From Entomortierella parvispora E1425 (lineage: Eukaryota; Fungi; Mortierellomycota), in the NCBI GenBank assembly GCA_020891255.1, contig BQFW01000005.1, positions 806,001-870,000 on the forward strand: DNA of 64,000 bases, written 5' to 3'. Under the pieces are notes generated by a model. The model did no database searches. It saw nothing but the letters and a program-made list of their open reading frames with translations, and was not told the DNA's origin. Both the position numbers and the translations under genes were made by a program. Positions 1 through 11,670 of this stretch are shown here, piece by piece (the first letter of the stretch is position 1; every line of letters begins with the position of its first letter).

Positions 1-845
1 CTTACTGTTGGAGCTAACCTTTGCCCGACGAGAAGGGTATCAGTCGACCGGCTGTCCTTTAACGCACAGGGACGGGCGTTAATGTACGGCCATCAACTCG
101 GCACTATGGCAGTAGGAAGCCTATCCATGAACATGTAAATGGATTTTCAATGTTATGATCAATCCTAATAGTGCATGGGTCTAATTGTATTGATATCTTG
201 GTATCTTCTAGCATGATGCAGGATTGGCCCGAGAACAAAAGGGTGGAACGGTGGGACACCAATGATCGTATCATCCACGAGAGCTGGCCAGGATCAACAA
301 CAAGCTGAGAGAGCTGGAGCGCATCTCCACAGACGAAGTGGCTCGCTCCCAGTTCATGAGGATGCATAGCATCATGTCCACCGCTGCATCCAAAGAATCC
401 TTTAGAACATTCGTGAAAAACAAGAAAGCGATGGACCATCTTGACAGGGTGAGGATTGGGGAGCAGGAGTGGTTGCTTCTGCTGCCCTCTCTGAGAACCG
501 ATGCATGGCCAGCGGGGTCAAACTTGAAAAAGGGGAGGCTCACGTCGACAGAAGCTTCGACGACTGCAATTATGAGTAGGGGAGAGATGATGATTTTATT
601 CGGTAGTTTGAACTTGGCCAAAGGGTTTATGAAAGAGTTCAGGACTCAGAGGTGGCTTCATGCCACGACGGTTGCGGTACTCTGTATCGTGAGAAAGGAG
701 CCATAGGCTAAGGAACTGAATATAGCAAATAAAAACGCCCAGACAAAAAAAAAATGGGAGAATGAGAGAATGAGAACTTAAGACTGTCGACGGTGAACAA
801 CTTTTTTTGCATGCAGCACCTCTTTCTTTACAGGTATAATCCACA

Positions 846-2098
846 TCATTCTTCTCGCTGCTGCTTCTTAGCCTCTTGCTCTAACTGATACCGCTTCGAT
901 GGCGGTTGCGGGAAGACAGGCCCTGTACCCTTGAACGGGACCATGGGTAAGAATGTAGCCTGGGGTCGGTACTCAAAAGACCTTCTCATCTTGTCCTGGA
1001 GAAACCACTTGGGCAAATAATTGAGAAAAAGATGACGGACCAGCCTCTCGGTCAATGTCTTTCCAGACAGGATTTTAGAAAACAACAAACTGTTTTCATA
1101 CTGTTCCTTGGCACGCTATCAGGGAAGACCGGACATGGTAAAAATTGTAGTGGAGATCAGCAAAAGCGTAGCCATACATCATGGATGTGTATGAGTCTTA
1201 CTGAGTGGCGCTGTTCATAGCTTTGAAAAGCGGCAGTGATGCTCTGCTGCGAGTTGTCTTTGAGATCATAGAGACAATTGGCCAGGATGGTTGCATCTTG
1301 CAAGGCATTTATCGCGCCTGCGTGGACATTGAGATGTGAAGAGGAATAGCAAACGATGGTTAGCTTAAAGGTCAAAACCATAATGACGGATCCGCAGATG
1401 AAGAGGGTGTGATCACCTTGACCAGCGGAAGGCAGCATCTGTAGGATGGCGAGGAAGAGTTAATCATACGTGTTGCAGCTGTGGCAGACTTGCGGAGGTC
1501 AGTGTTGTGAATGCAATTACCTTGTGACAGGCTGTCAGGTACACAACATCGTTTACGTTGCAGTGCGAAGGATAGAGGGATAGTTGGTGGCCATGACGAA
1601 CAGAGATGTTAGCGCTTGCTCAAAGCAACAGGTCGAGGGTGAACAGCTCAAAGGCACGTACCATCTCCAATGAGCACAGAACGTTTGTGGAACCAAGTTC
1701 TGAAAAATTTGTGCTCGAGATGAACCTTCGAGATCAGATCTTCAGGAGTGGCATCGATAATAGCAGAGAGAGTACCGCCATAGGGGCAAGGCTTGTCTCG
1801 AAACTCGTCAATCATGGCAGCATTCGCTTCAGGACCCCACTCTGAATTGACAAACCTGTGCTTCTTGGCCTCCTCCATACTCGGGAACTGCGCCATGAAT
1901 GCCCACGCAATTTTGTTTCCCGGGGTGCAGAACAAAATCCACTAAGCTCGAGCAAAGGTTCGTTAGATTTTTTTTGAAGGACTCAACGGCCTTGTATCAA
2001 CTTACAATGTGGTCCACATCCCCAATGGTGAACTCGGCATTACATTGGCCATTCTTAAGAACGGGGAACGCCTCTGGGTCCAATTCAGTCGTCACACC
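846..2098 (-). pseudogene. 5'-truncated FAD-dependent monooxygenase (C-terminal half only, spliced)
   Basis: Exons splice in frame: GVTTELDPEAFPVLK..DHI | WILFCTPGNK..SVLIGD | ACHK | MLPSAGQG | AINALQDATILANCLYDL..RHS | RAKEQYENS..YRPQATFLP. Introns include 1942-2005 (GTAAGT..TTAG). The GD-ACHKMLP-GQG-A-N motif is typical of group A flavin monooxygenases. No GxGxxG exon or splice acceptor is seen above 2098. Confidence 0.8.
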
Positions 2099-2921
2099 GA
2101 AAAGAAATGAAGAGGAGGAGAAGAGGAGGAGGAAGAGAAGAGTAAAAAAGATGATGAGCAACGAATGCTGCACACGATCTGCATTCACCGCATTCTGCGC
2201 ACTTTTGAGGTCAGTCATCAAATCACCTAGTGGAGTCAGGACGTGGAGCTGAGTCGCAAGTTGCGCCGCGCCCATCTCCCTCTGCCTAACTCGCCCTACC
2301 CACTTCCAATTCCATGCATCTTGAGAGCAGACTTTCTTTTCTTTCTCTCTTTGGCTGGTGCACAGACACAAATCAAATGGATGCTGATCCATCTTTTTTT
2401 TTATCTTATCAGATGGAAAAGAATTTAGGACATTTCTTGGCCTCCAATTTCTTTTGGTGGTTTATCGTGGTAGTCAAGGCAGATGTGGGCCAGCGCCGTG
2501 TTAACGCATGGATTCTAAAGACTGGGCTTTTTGCCAGTCAATAGAACAGTATGGACCAAGGCAGAAAGACCTTGCTTGGGATATTGAGTCTGAAGTGTAG
2601 GGTTCTTAATGGCTCAAATATAAGAAAGCTGAATGGCATGGTACACAATCAGCCAACATCCTAGGCCGCGCTCTGCGGTTACGCTTACTGCCAATACAGC
2701 CGACGCCACTTTATCCAGCACTGGACCGCCATTATTTGAAGCGCTGATCTAAAAGCGTGGAGGGCACAGAAAAGATGAAGCTGCGCACAAGGTGGGAGAC
2801 AGACACTCCTACGGCCACCATGAATCTTGAATGAGCGTGACTTTTTGCATCACGAAGGAATCTTTTAGACGCAACGTTCTTCTTCCACTTCACACCATTT
2901 TTTTTTTTTTTTTTTTTGGTT

Positions 2922-3415
2922 ATGTCGACGCCAATCAAGAGGTTCACCAAGTTTTTTCCAGCCACGATGGCTAGAATCCAGTCGGGGACCAAAGTCAACC
3001 TACGGGATAAGCTTGTCAAGAAGAAGGGCCCGTTTGATCCTCTTACAAAAGACGGCGCTGTTGAGCCTATTCCTCCCACACAAAAACAGAGGATGCACCC
3101 AAACGGTTGCGTTCTTCGATCGCCTATAGCACGGCTTTTCATGATGTAGCTGACAGTTTCGGCGATACGGACGTCGACATTTTCATTATTGAGGAGGGTA
3201 CTTCGATCCCAGCTGACCTTGTCTTGTTGTACGAGAGAGGGGCCCACTTTTCGTTCCAGTGTTCAAGGACCATGCCCCTGACTGACCTCAACACCAAACT
3301 CACCGATTTTCTGGCGCGGAACGCCACCCACATGAGCAAGGACGCTTATGAGGATGCGTATCCCGCTGGCAAAGACAACGATCGCCTGGATGCCAAGTCT
3401 CTAAAGGAAAACTAA
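2922..3415 (+). pseudogene. Tse2-like ADP-ribosyltransferase-fold toxin-domain protein, intronless, with a 1-bp frameshift at about 3123
   Basis: ORF 2916-3149 (..FPATMARIQSG..PNGCVLRSP) and ORF 3107-3415 (YSTAFHDV..IFIIEEGTSIPADLVLLYERGAHFSFQCSRTMPLTDLN..AYP) join into one protein if one C is restored in tcgcctat. The PNG-x-LR and GT-x-P-x-DL-x-L-x-ER-x-x-H-x-S-x-Q pattern resembles the fungal ADPRTs_Tse2 family. Confidence 0.7.
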
Positions 3416-3840
3416 GCTGTGCCCAGGAATGTTCGCCGGGCTCCGAAATATTCTAGAACAAAACAAGAAAGAGTCTGCCTCCGAGCTCCCAGTGACCACC
3501 GAGTTAGAGAGGAACCGTACACTGCAGCTAAAAAGGCTTGACTCTTGTGCCAGCCCTTGCAGGAAGCACTCACAACCGCACCAGCGGCGGACGACAGAGC
3601 TTGACTGCTGTTTATTATTCAGGAGAGCAGGAAGCGCAGTGTGCGGCCAGAGGGAAATGGAGCGAACAACTCAAGGTGACCTATGAAATCCACATCGATG
3701 CGGGCGTGGACTGTATGAATAATCTCCCACGCCAAGCCTCCTGAAAAGATAAAAGGGGCCGCCAGCCATTTCGTTTCATTCACATTTTCATCCACTCCAC
3801 TTTATTTTCTAGACCCTATCATCTCACTTCAAGTGCAACA

Positions 3841-6123
3841 ATGGATAACCCCCAAGCTCTCCCGGGTGGATCCATGGAGAAGGCTATAAGCCTTCCAGAG
3901 GTGCTGGCCTGCATCTTCTCTTGGTTAAGAGACGAAAGACAAACGATGCGATCCCTTCGACTGGTATCCAAGCAATTCATGGCTGCGGCAAACCAATTCT
4001 TTCGGATCCACCTCACTGCCGACTACGCCATAGAACACAATTGCATCCAAGAGGCGCCGTCCATCATTGGAGGTCTCACCTTGACATTCCCAAGGATTAT
4101 CACTGAAGAAGCCGACAAGCTCAGCAGGCGTCTAGGACTAGAGCCACAGGATAACATCGTCAGCCTCGACTTTTGTTCTACGGTCGCTCGAAAATGTACC
4201 CGTCTAGAAAAGGTCAAGATTGCGCTGGAGGGACCGCAATCGGAAGAGATATCCCAATTGCTCTCATGTCTGTTCTCACAAAATCCACAAACCGCAGCTG
4301 TTTTTCGCATCAAGACGCTCGAGTTTATATTTGGATTCAAGTTTATAGAGTCTGTGCTGCCAGATATCCGAAACAACCTCCCCGATAGCTGCACCGGCCT
4401 TTTATCCACCTCGGATTATACCCCAACGAAGTCGCCTTTCTCTGGTCTTGAAAGACTGAAGCTAAACAAGAGGTATTCAGTGGAAGTCCCACCGCTGTAT
4501 CGGGTCCTTCAACTCAAGATCTGTCCCGAGATTGCTGCAGCCACGTCTTTTCTCGGTCCTGTGTACTGGAATCGTATGGAGAGGGAGGCCCGTCTCTCAA
4601 CTGCCTCCTCAATAGCAAAGCCTTCGATGACACTCAGAGTCTTTGACATTGGAAACTCACTTGTCGACGTTGGAGCACTCTATGAACTGAAAGAACAGGC
4701 ACCAATGCTGGAGGAGGTGAGCGCACTGACGGTGTGTGACAAGAGTGATGCTGCTATGGACGATGAGGCATTCCTTCGCAATTCCGCTAGGCCACCACAA
4801 TCCCTACGTCTGAAGAAGCTGTCTCTGTTGACCACGGAGGACAGACAGGCCAAGCAACTTTTGTTTCGACTCCTTGATCCCTCCATTCTCGAATCGTACG
4901 TCTCAAATTTCATTTACGACCACAGGAATAGCCGACCGGCAAGGGGTAATCTCATAGCATCTAGCAGAATCCTCAACGAGATAATGGATGGACTGCATGT
5001 AGATCCAATCTCAGGGAATATACAGGAGGGCTTCTTTCGGGAGTTTGGCTTTAGTTCCCATGATAGTGCGATGGAGCGTGTCGACTGGCTTCAGGAGTTG
5101 CAGAGCAATCCTCGACTTCACCGCCTGGAGAGGCTCTGTTTACCGCTTACTGTAAACAGCTTCTTAGAAATATTTGACTCGCCAACGCCGCCGTCGACTA
5201 TAACTTTGGAAAGCAATATGAATCCTACCATGACCATGACCACCACAGCTACCCCGGCCACGACTGAGGGAAAAGAGGAGCCACCTAAACAGCCTCTGCT
5301 GCCTTTTCCAGCATGCTCCAGTCTCCATTCTCTTCGCTTAGGCGGCTATGGTACAAATGAAAAAGTCAAGGGCGGTCAACGGTTTGCAGACTACTTGACC
5401 CGTAATTTGTCCCGACTCAAGCATCTTGATATAAATACTGGTAGCTTTGTGGATTTTACCTTTTTCAACGCCATTGCACCACCAGCAATTCAGCCGCCAG
5501 CCAACCCAATACCCCCATCTCTGTCGCAAGTCAATGACCAGATGGATCTCGGCGATGGAGCGCACAACCAAGAAACGGACCATCATCGTCATAGGAACAA
5601 CATCAATCACGAAAACTCGGGTCTGTATCGATTGGAATCACTCACCATGTCGCTTGAATATGTGTCTCAATCCGAATTTGACGGCCTTCCAAAGAGTGAA
5701 CGTGTGATGGAGCTCTTAGAGAGGAGAGATGAGATTTTGGACCGACATCCCACATTCGGTTCGGAAGACGAAGAATACGGCGATTATCAGGCTATTGAGA
5801 ACGAGCTTCAAATGGAGAGACAGAGGATGTTGTTGGAAGCTCGGCCGATTCAAATTCACGAAGACCTGATTGAACAGTTTCTGTCCACCCTCAGCCGATT
5901 CCAAAGAAGAAAGGCAAGTTGGTCCATAGATGAGGAGGCGGGTTTTGTTGATCCGGGTGCAGGACCAGGAGGTGTACAGGTAGAAGGGTTGAAACAGGTG
6001 ACTCTCCATCTAAAAGGAATGCCAGAAGTTTTTGTGGAGAAATTGAAGGCTTTGGTCACGTTGCAGTTCCCAGAGTTAGATTTCAAGCTGTCAAGTGGTA
6101 TCCATCATATTGAGAGACAGTGA
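3841..6123 (+). CDS. F-box-like / LRR (RNI-like) protein, paralogue 1, intronless, 760 aa
   Basis: N-terminal LPEVLACIFSWL..LRLVSKQF fits the F-box consensus. Repeated LxxLxL units follow (LERLKL, LKKLSL, LERLCLP, LKHLDI, LESLTMS). Confidence 0.85.
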   Translation: MDNPQALPGGSMEKAISLPEVLACIFSWLRDERQTMRSLRLVSKQFMAAANQFFRIHLTADYAIEHNCIQEAPSIIGGLTLTFPRIITEEADKLSRRLGLEPQDNIVSLDFCSTVARKCTRLEKVKIALEGPQSEEISQLLSCLFSQNPQTAAVFRIKTLEFIFGFKFIESVLPDIRNNLPDSCTGLLSTSDYTPTKSPFSGLERLKLNKRYSVEVPPLYRVLQLKICPEIAAATSFLGPVYWNRMEREARLSTASSIAKPSMTLRVFDIGNSLVDVGALYELKEQAPMLEEVSALTVCDKSDAAMDDEAFLRNSARPPQSLRLKKLSLLTTEDRQAKQLLFRLLDPSILESYVSNFIYDHRNSRPARGNLIASSRILNEIMDGLHVDPISGNIQEGFFREFGFSSHDSAMERVDWLQELQSNPRLHRLERLCLPLTVNSFLEIFDSPTPPSTITLESNMNPTMTMTTTATPATTEGKEEPPKQPLLPFPACSSLHSLRLGGYGTNEKVKGGQRFADYLTRNLSRLKHLDINTGSFVDFTFFNAIAPPAIQPPANPIPPSLSQVNDQMDLGDGAHNQETDHHRHRNNINHENSGLYRLESLTMSLEYVSQSEFDGLPKSERVMELLERRDEILDRHPTFGSEDEEYGDYQAIENELQMERQRMLLEARPIQIHEDLIEQFLSTLSRFQRRKASWSIDEEAGFVDPGAGPGGVQVEGLKQVTLHLKGMPEVFVEKLKALVTLQFPELDFKLSSGIHHIERQ

Positions 6124-7283
6124 AGGGGACACAGGGCCATACCTCTAGCCATGCTGCTTGTGATGCAAGACCATTCCGCAATTATGAGCTTCGTAATGAT
6201 ATCCAACACTAAATAAATAAATAAAATAAAATAAAAACAGAGTGCGGATTTGAAAGCTGGAAAGAACGGAAGACCATGGCTGATGGCTGCGGGTGAGGGA
6301 TGAGAACTTTCACCTTGAACACCTTCTGGGTAAGTACGTATCTACATCTGTTTTTGAAGAGGAGCCTCGAAAGGCGCCAAACCTCCGGCCCCTCTAAAAA
6401 AAATTGACAACAACAGCCCATTACCTCCTACACTCTGAGGGTCTCTCTTTGTGCGGATATAGAGTGGCAATCTAAGGCGAGGCAAGGAGGGTGGAACGAA
6501 GTATGCGTGAAGGGTGAAAAAGAAAAGAGAAAGAGAAGAAGAGAGGCGCTTTCTCGTTCATTTTTGTCTTCCTTGCTCGTGATCATTGAGCGCGTTCCCA
6601 CAAACATTGTTTATTCGAAGGGGCCAACGCGTCGATTCCACAACCCTACCTGCGCTTTGGAGAGGAAAAGAAATGAAGCCGGCACAGTCGGAGGGAGGGC
6701 GAGGAAAGAGATCTTGGATTCTTCAGCTGTCATTCTCCCCCGATCGACAAGAGCTAGGAGGGAGGGGCACCACCAGTGATGGTTGCATCCTTGGGAATGA
6801 ATTTTTTTGTTTGCTCGGTGTGTGCGACACCGCACAAGAAAAGCGACGCGCCCGCTGATCACGTGCAGAGCGGGACATCTTCCACAGTTAGGTCGGGTCA
6901 ACTGTGGACCATACCCCGTCCTTCTGAACAGCATCATCGGGATCATGAGAATGGAAATGCTCATTGTCCGTGAGCTCGGCCGCCAAATGGTCTGTGCCAC
7001 GCAAAGATCAAAAAGTGGACGAACATTCTTCACGTTTCTTTTTTCTTTCTTTTTTTTTTTTTTTTTTTTTTTTCTTCCCATCACGACTATGAGGGCAGCA
7101 GCTTCATCAATGAAGATAGAGCGACGAAAAGACTCCTTTGAACTCCAAAACGGATAGCAGAAGATCCAATTTTAATGTTGTTCTCCAAATAAATTAGATT
7201 TTTTGTTTCCTGAGGGAGGCAAGCAATGGAATAGATCTAACGGGCACGCGCGTTTGTCGTTGCAATCTCCCTCCTCAGACAGT

Positions 7284-9707
7284 CTATGCCAGAGCCAGGT
7301 ATCGCCCCGACTGAACCTGCAGTCGAACGGACCCAAACGCAACAAGGGACGACTCTTTCTTTTCCTCTTGGTCTTCCGTCGTCGCCTCTCCAGTCGCCTC
7401 ATTCTCATCCTCGTTCACCCGCTCCAACAAAACGGTCAGATCCGACAGGAGCTGATCCTGGATTCTAAACTTGACCGCCGTCGCACTCGGTTGACTCGGT
7501 CCCGCATTCTCTCCCGTCGTGTTCAGTTCAAACCGGGCCAGCAGTTTCTTCGGCTCGAAAGCATGCTCGCCCTTCAACAAAAGGTTCTCCACATCCCAGA
7601 ACATCTTGTTGGATTCTGCGTTCCAGACTCCTGTGGGTCGAGATTGAACATTGGTCACATCACCCGAGACTGGGACGAGGAACGAGACCTCGCTCATCGC
7701 CATAGGTTTAGCTCCTGCAGCCGATTCTTCCTCGTCCACGGCCCTGGTCGCCAATTTACAGTGGGCGTTGGTCTTGTAGTTGATCAAGAGCGAAGTCTGA
7801 TGGGCCTCGCATTTCCAAGCCGGATGGATCAGCAGAGGGATCATGGTCTGTCGGGATTCCTCCTCTGTGGTTCGAACCTGGTACTTGAGAACTACCACGC
7901 CACTACCGCCACCTGCAATATGGTGCTGATGCATCGCTTGAGCAAGAGACTCCAAATTAACCCAATAAGATCCCTGCTGAGCGTGACCTTCTTCCGTGAT
8001 CGCCGTAGCTTCGACTGGGCTGAGATAAGCTGGGTTGGGAACATGTTTCTCCAACGATTCCAAATGCTCCAGTCTGAGAAGGGCCCTCTTGGTCCTGGTC
8101 AAGGCTGGGTCAATCTCAGTGCCTTCCAGGGTCAATATCACTTCTCCAGTGACCATCATCTTTGAGATTTCTCCTGCCTGCGTGTGAGCATGAACCTTTT
8201 CGATCACGGAAACGACCCAGTGTTGTTTTTGACCATTGGCGCCTTCAGGTGCGGATCCTAGTGGATGGTCCTGAGCCGTTGTAGTATGGGCCGCCTTGAT
8301 GGGCGAAGTTGGTGCAGAAGTTAATGACTCGGGTTCAGCCGCCAAAGCTTGTCCCGCACCCAGGATGGAAATGGGTGCCAGAGTTGTGCCCGCAATGTGA
8401 GCGTTCGAAAGAGGTGGTGTTGGTGGTGGAATTGAATGACTGGAGTGAGGCTGCGAGGGGCTGGAAGCCGAGGCAGGGAGACCCAGAGTACTGGCCCGAG
8501 AGAGAGTGGGCGTATGAGCACCAGATGTTTGTAACTGAGACGCAGAGTTGTTGAAGAACACGCGAGATCCAGGAGAGTTCATGGAGGGTGGTGTTGAAGA
8601 CGATGGTTCCCGCGAAGTGTCCGAGGTGAATCCCGTTGATAATGGTGAAGAATGGAAAGAGTTGTAGGCTGATGACGTATCTTCTGACTGGTACATGCTT
8701 CGCACCCTGTTAATAGTGAGAGTAAAGTGAAAAGGAAAAAAAAAAGTAAAATTAGCTCACAAATTGGTGTAAAGATTGTATCGTTGAGAACAAAGGATTG
8801 TAGGTCCTTACTCGCGACGTCCTGGATGCCTGCGACTGATAGTCTTTGTCTGCTTCAAGGTCGAAGCGACTCTCTCCAAGGCCGCACGTGCTTCATCGTT
8901 GCTCTCTGATACAGAGTCCTGTCTGATCTCCATTTGCATTTTTGGCTGTTGAGAGAAACTAAAGACAGCGACAAGAAAAATCAGGAACCGCGTCTTGGAA
9001 GTAAGAGACATATGTATCAGAATGTAGCCTTTTCATTACCTGCTTGTCTCTGAGCGCTCATCATCATAGGTGCTGCTGACTCCAGCATCAGACCAAGGAC
9101 TGTTGTCGGAAGGTGGGATTGTGAATCCTTCAGCATCCAGTTGGCTGTGGGTGCTGCCTGTGGGCTAGAAACAACAAAAGCAATCTCTTGTTAATCCAAG
9201 CTCCAATGAATGGGATAATATCAAGTGGTGAGGCTGATATCCGCGTGTAGCTTACGACATCAAGAGCACTTCCGAGAACACTGGAAGTAGATCGAATGTG
9301 TTCCTGAGGATCAGAGGGTCTTGTCTGTTCGAGGCTTCCAGATTTCGATTGTTGGAAGGATCGGTCTGTGGAGTAGGAGACATTGCTGAAGTTTGGCAGG
9401 AGTGGAAAACGTGTATTAGTTGATCTGTCATGAATGCCAATGATGCTCAATCAGGGCAAGTCATTCTATGTACCTTATTTGGCTACTTCCAGTCAGACCA
9501 CGCTTGTGGGCGCCGTTAGTCCTTCGGGCGTCCATACTTCCAACAGCTACATGGAGAGAAGAATGGATGGTATCAGTACGTGCATCAAGCGTGGACCCAC
9601 CGGTTTATCGAGATCATTCTGAAGACACCTACTGTCGCCATTGCTGCGATGCGAAGCTGCAGACACAACGGATTTGTTATCAGGTTGCTCCAAAGCTAAG
9701 TTCAACC

Positions 9708-9739
<32 letters not shown>

Positions 9740-11670
9740 TCAATTTGTGATGATCCCACAACTTCGGATTCTACAACAAAGCCATATCCCTTACAATGCA
9801 TGTTTATAGACATCTCGGATGAGTAGAGCTCTACATCCATGACGGGATCAAATTCTGCCACGGATCCCGCAGTGCGACCAGACATCTAATTTGGTAATAG
9901 ATCATCGTTCTTGTGAGCAACATATAAAGTCGTTCAGTAAGCATCAGCGAAAACGGTATAAACTAGCAATTTACCTCCGCGATCTGCAATGCAGTTTCGT
10001 TCTGCATGGCCTCAAAAGCCGAAACAATGCTCTTCAAATGTTCAAGACGGCCGTGGTCAACATCCTGATACTTCTACTTGGTGAAAAAGCGAAAAGTGGC
10101 AGCAGAGCATATTCAGTAATCCATTTAGACTTCCATATTAATGGAAATATTGAAATGCCTCCGTGCCGTTAAAACTGTCGATATCCAGGAGATGACATTT
10201 GTTTTGAGGACGGTACCTGCAGAACTACTGGCCCCTCCAATCTCCATGCTGTCTTTGTACTGTCCAATTGTTTGGTGTAGTCCATCAATTTTTGCTCTGG
10301 ATTAACAGAAGGAAGAAAAAAATAGAGCCATCCCAAAGTCCATGTTAGTGTATGAAGAGCCATATCGTGGGATCGGTGCTCTCAATAAAAAAAAATCAAT
10401 TTGCCCCCTTGGGGGTAGAACCAAAAAAGACCCCCTTCAGCTCGAAGCCTTTTGCTCTCTCTGACAAAAAGTAGAGAGAGCCGACTGGAACTGAAAAAGG
10501 AAAGAAGCTGTCAAGATCCAGGGTTCGCCTTTACCAGTAGCATCAGCTTTCTTGCCAGAGACGCGTTCGACGGCCTTGGTGTACTTTGCAACCTTGACCT
10601 GCTTCTCGTCAAACTCCTTTGCGATCCGATTGCAGTTTGTCTCTGCCTAATAATGATTTGCCGCCACCGTCCCCCAATTTTAGGTTAATGACCGTCGGAG
10701 AAGAGCAAGAAGACGACAGGAATCAAAGAGAAACTCGTTTGTCCTATCCTATTGCGTAGTCAGAGAACACTTACCAGGGCCAGGTTTTGCCAGTCTGGGT
10801 GTGTTCGAGTAAAGTCGCGCAGGGGTTTTTCAATCTCGGTCGAAATTCTCAGCGAAAACTGACCGTGGAGAGTTGCCAGTTCGAGAGATTCAGCTGACAG
10901 CTTTTCCCAGGGCGCGGTAAAGGTTCTATATTTCAAACCGGATGTACAGAGAACATATTCATTGTGAGCGAGGGAGCCAGAAATGGTATCCCAACAGGTG
11001 ACATTGTCATTGACAGGACAAGCAGAGACATACCCAAGGGCCTGCATGTCGGTGACAAAATGCTTCTGGAACGCTTTCGTGATATTCTTGGCATACATGT
11101 CCTCAATATGGGCGCTATTCCAGGCATGCAGATGACATGGGACAGATATGCGTGTTAGTCTGCGGTGTGCGGATCGGTGCGAGAAGGGAATAAAAAAGAC
11201 AAAGGTCCTGGAGGCGAAAAACAGGTCTGATCCCTCTAGAATCGCGGCACCCATAATCCCTACCGTTCTTTGAAGTAGTTGGCAAACTGCTCATGCAATT
11301 GTTTGCCCTTCCGAAGTCGGGCTTGGACGGCATCCAGCCCATCCTGGGGACGTTCGGTCTATGTCATAGAGGAAAGTAGGCAAGCAAGGTGTGAGCAAAG
11401 GGTGGAAGAAACGCATGCGGTTGCTAATCAGCGAGTAGCGCATGACGTCCAGATTGGCCACACAAAGAGGCAGCGACGTTGCAATGGAGAGGGGAACGGA
11501 AGGATAAACAAGAACCCGGTTGAACTGGGGCCGGTTTGGCTATTTTCCTCGCGCTGTTAATTCCTCAGAGTTGGATATCATTCGCTGCCGATATTGTTCT
11601 TGGGGTGGAAGGATAGCGATTGTTGAAGTGGTTGTGCCTCTCTTACCAAAAATGCTTCTGCGAAACCCAT
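7284..11670 (-). CDS. SYP1: Syp1/FCHO muniscin endocytic adaptor (F-BAR plus mu-homology domain), multi-exon
   Basis: Exon 1 is MGFAEAFL (ATG 11670). Exon 2 TERPQDGLDAVQARLRKGKQLHEQFANYFKER is FCH-like. The middle region has DAEGFTIPP and EARAALERVASTLK. The last exon (7284-8705) has VVLKYQV, PAWKCEAHQTSLLINY, VQSRPTGVWN and SGRYLA of the muniscin MHD. Canonical GT-AG junctions keep the frame. Confidence 0.9.

Noticed and set aside
266-706. Plus-strand frame with a helical-looking stretch (RELARINNKLRELERIS..)
   Set aside because: No ATG or clear splice context, and no recognisable family. It could be a relic, but the sequence cannot support a call.
2406-2414. Exact ATCWGATAA iron-GATA (SreA/Fep1-type) motif on the minus strand
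   Set aside because: About one hit is expected by chance in 64 kb, and no iron-related gene is adjacent.
2898-2917. Long poly-T/A tracts (also about 7046, 9708, 45987, 53234, 54743) as possible retro-element tails
   Set aside because: No target-site duplications or element bodies. Such tracts occur throughout introns and intergenic DNA here.
7203-8165. 320-aa plus-strand ORF
   Set aside because: Antisense shadow of the SYP1 mu-homology exon.
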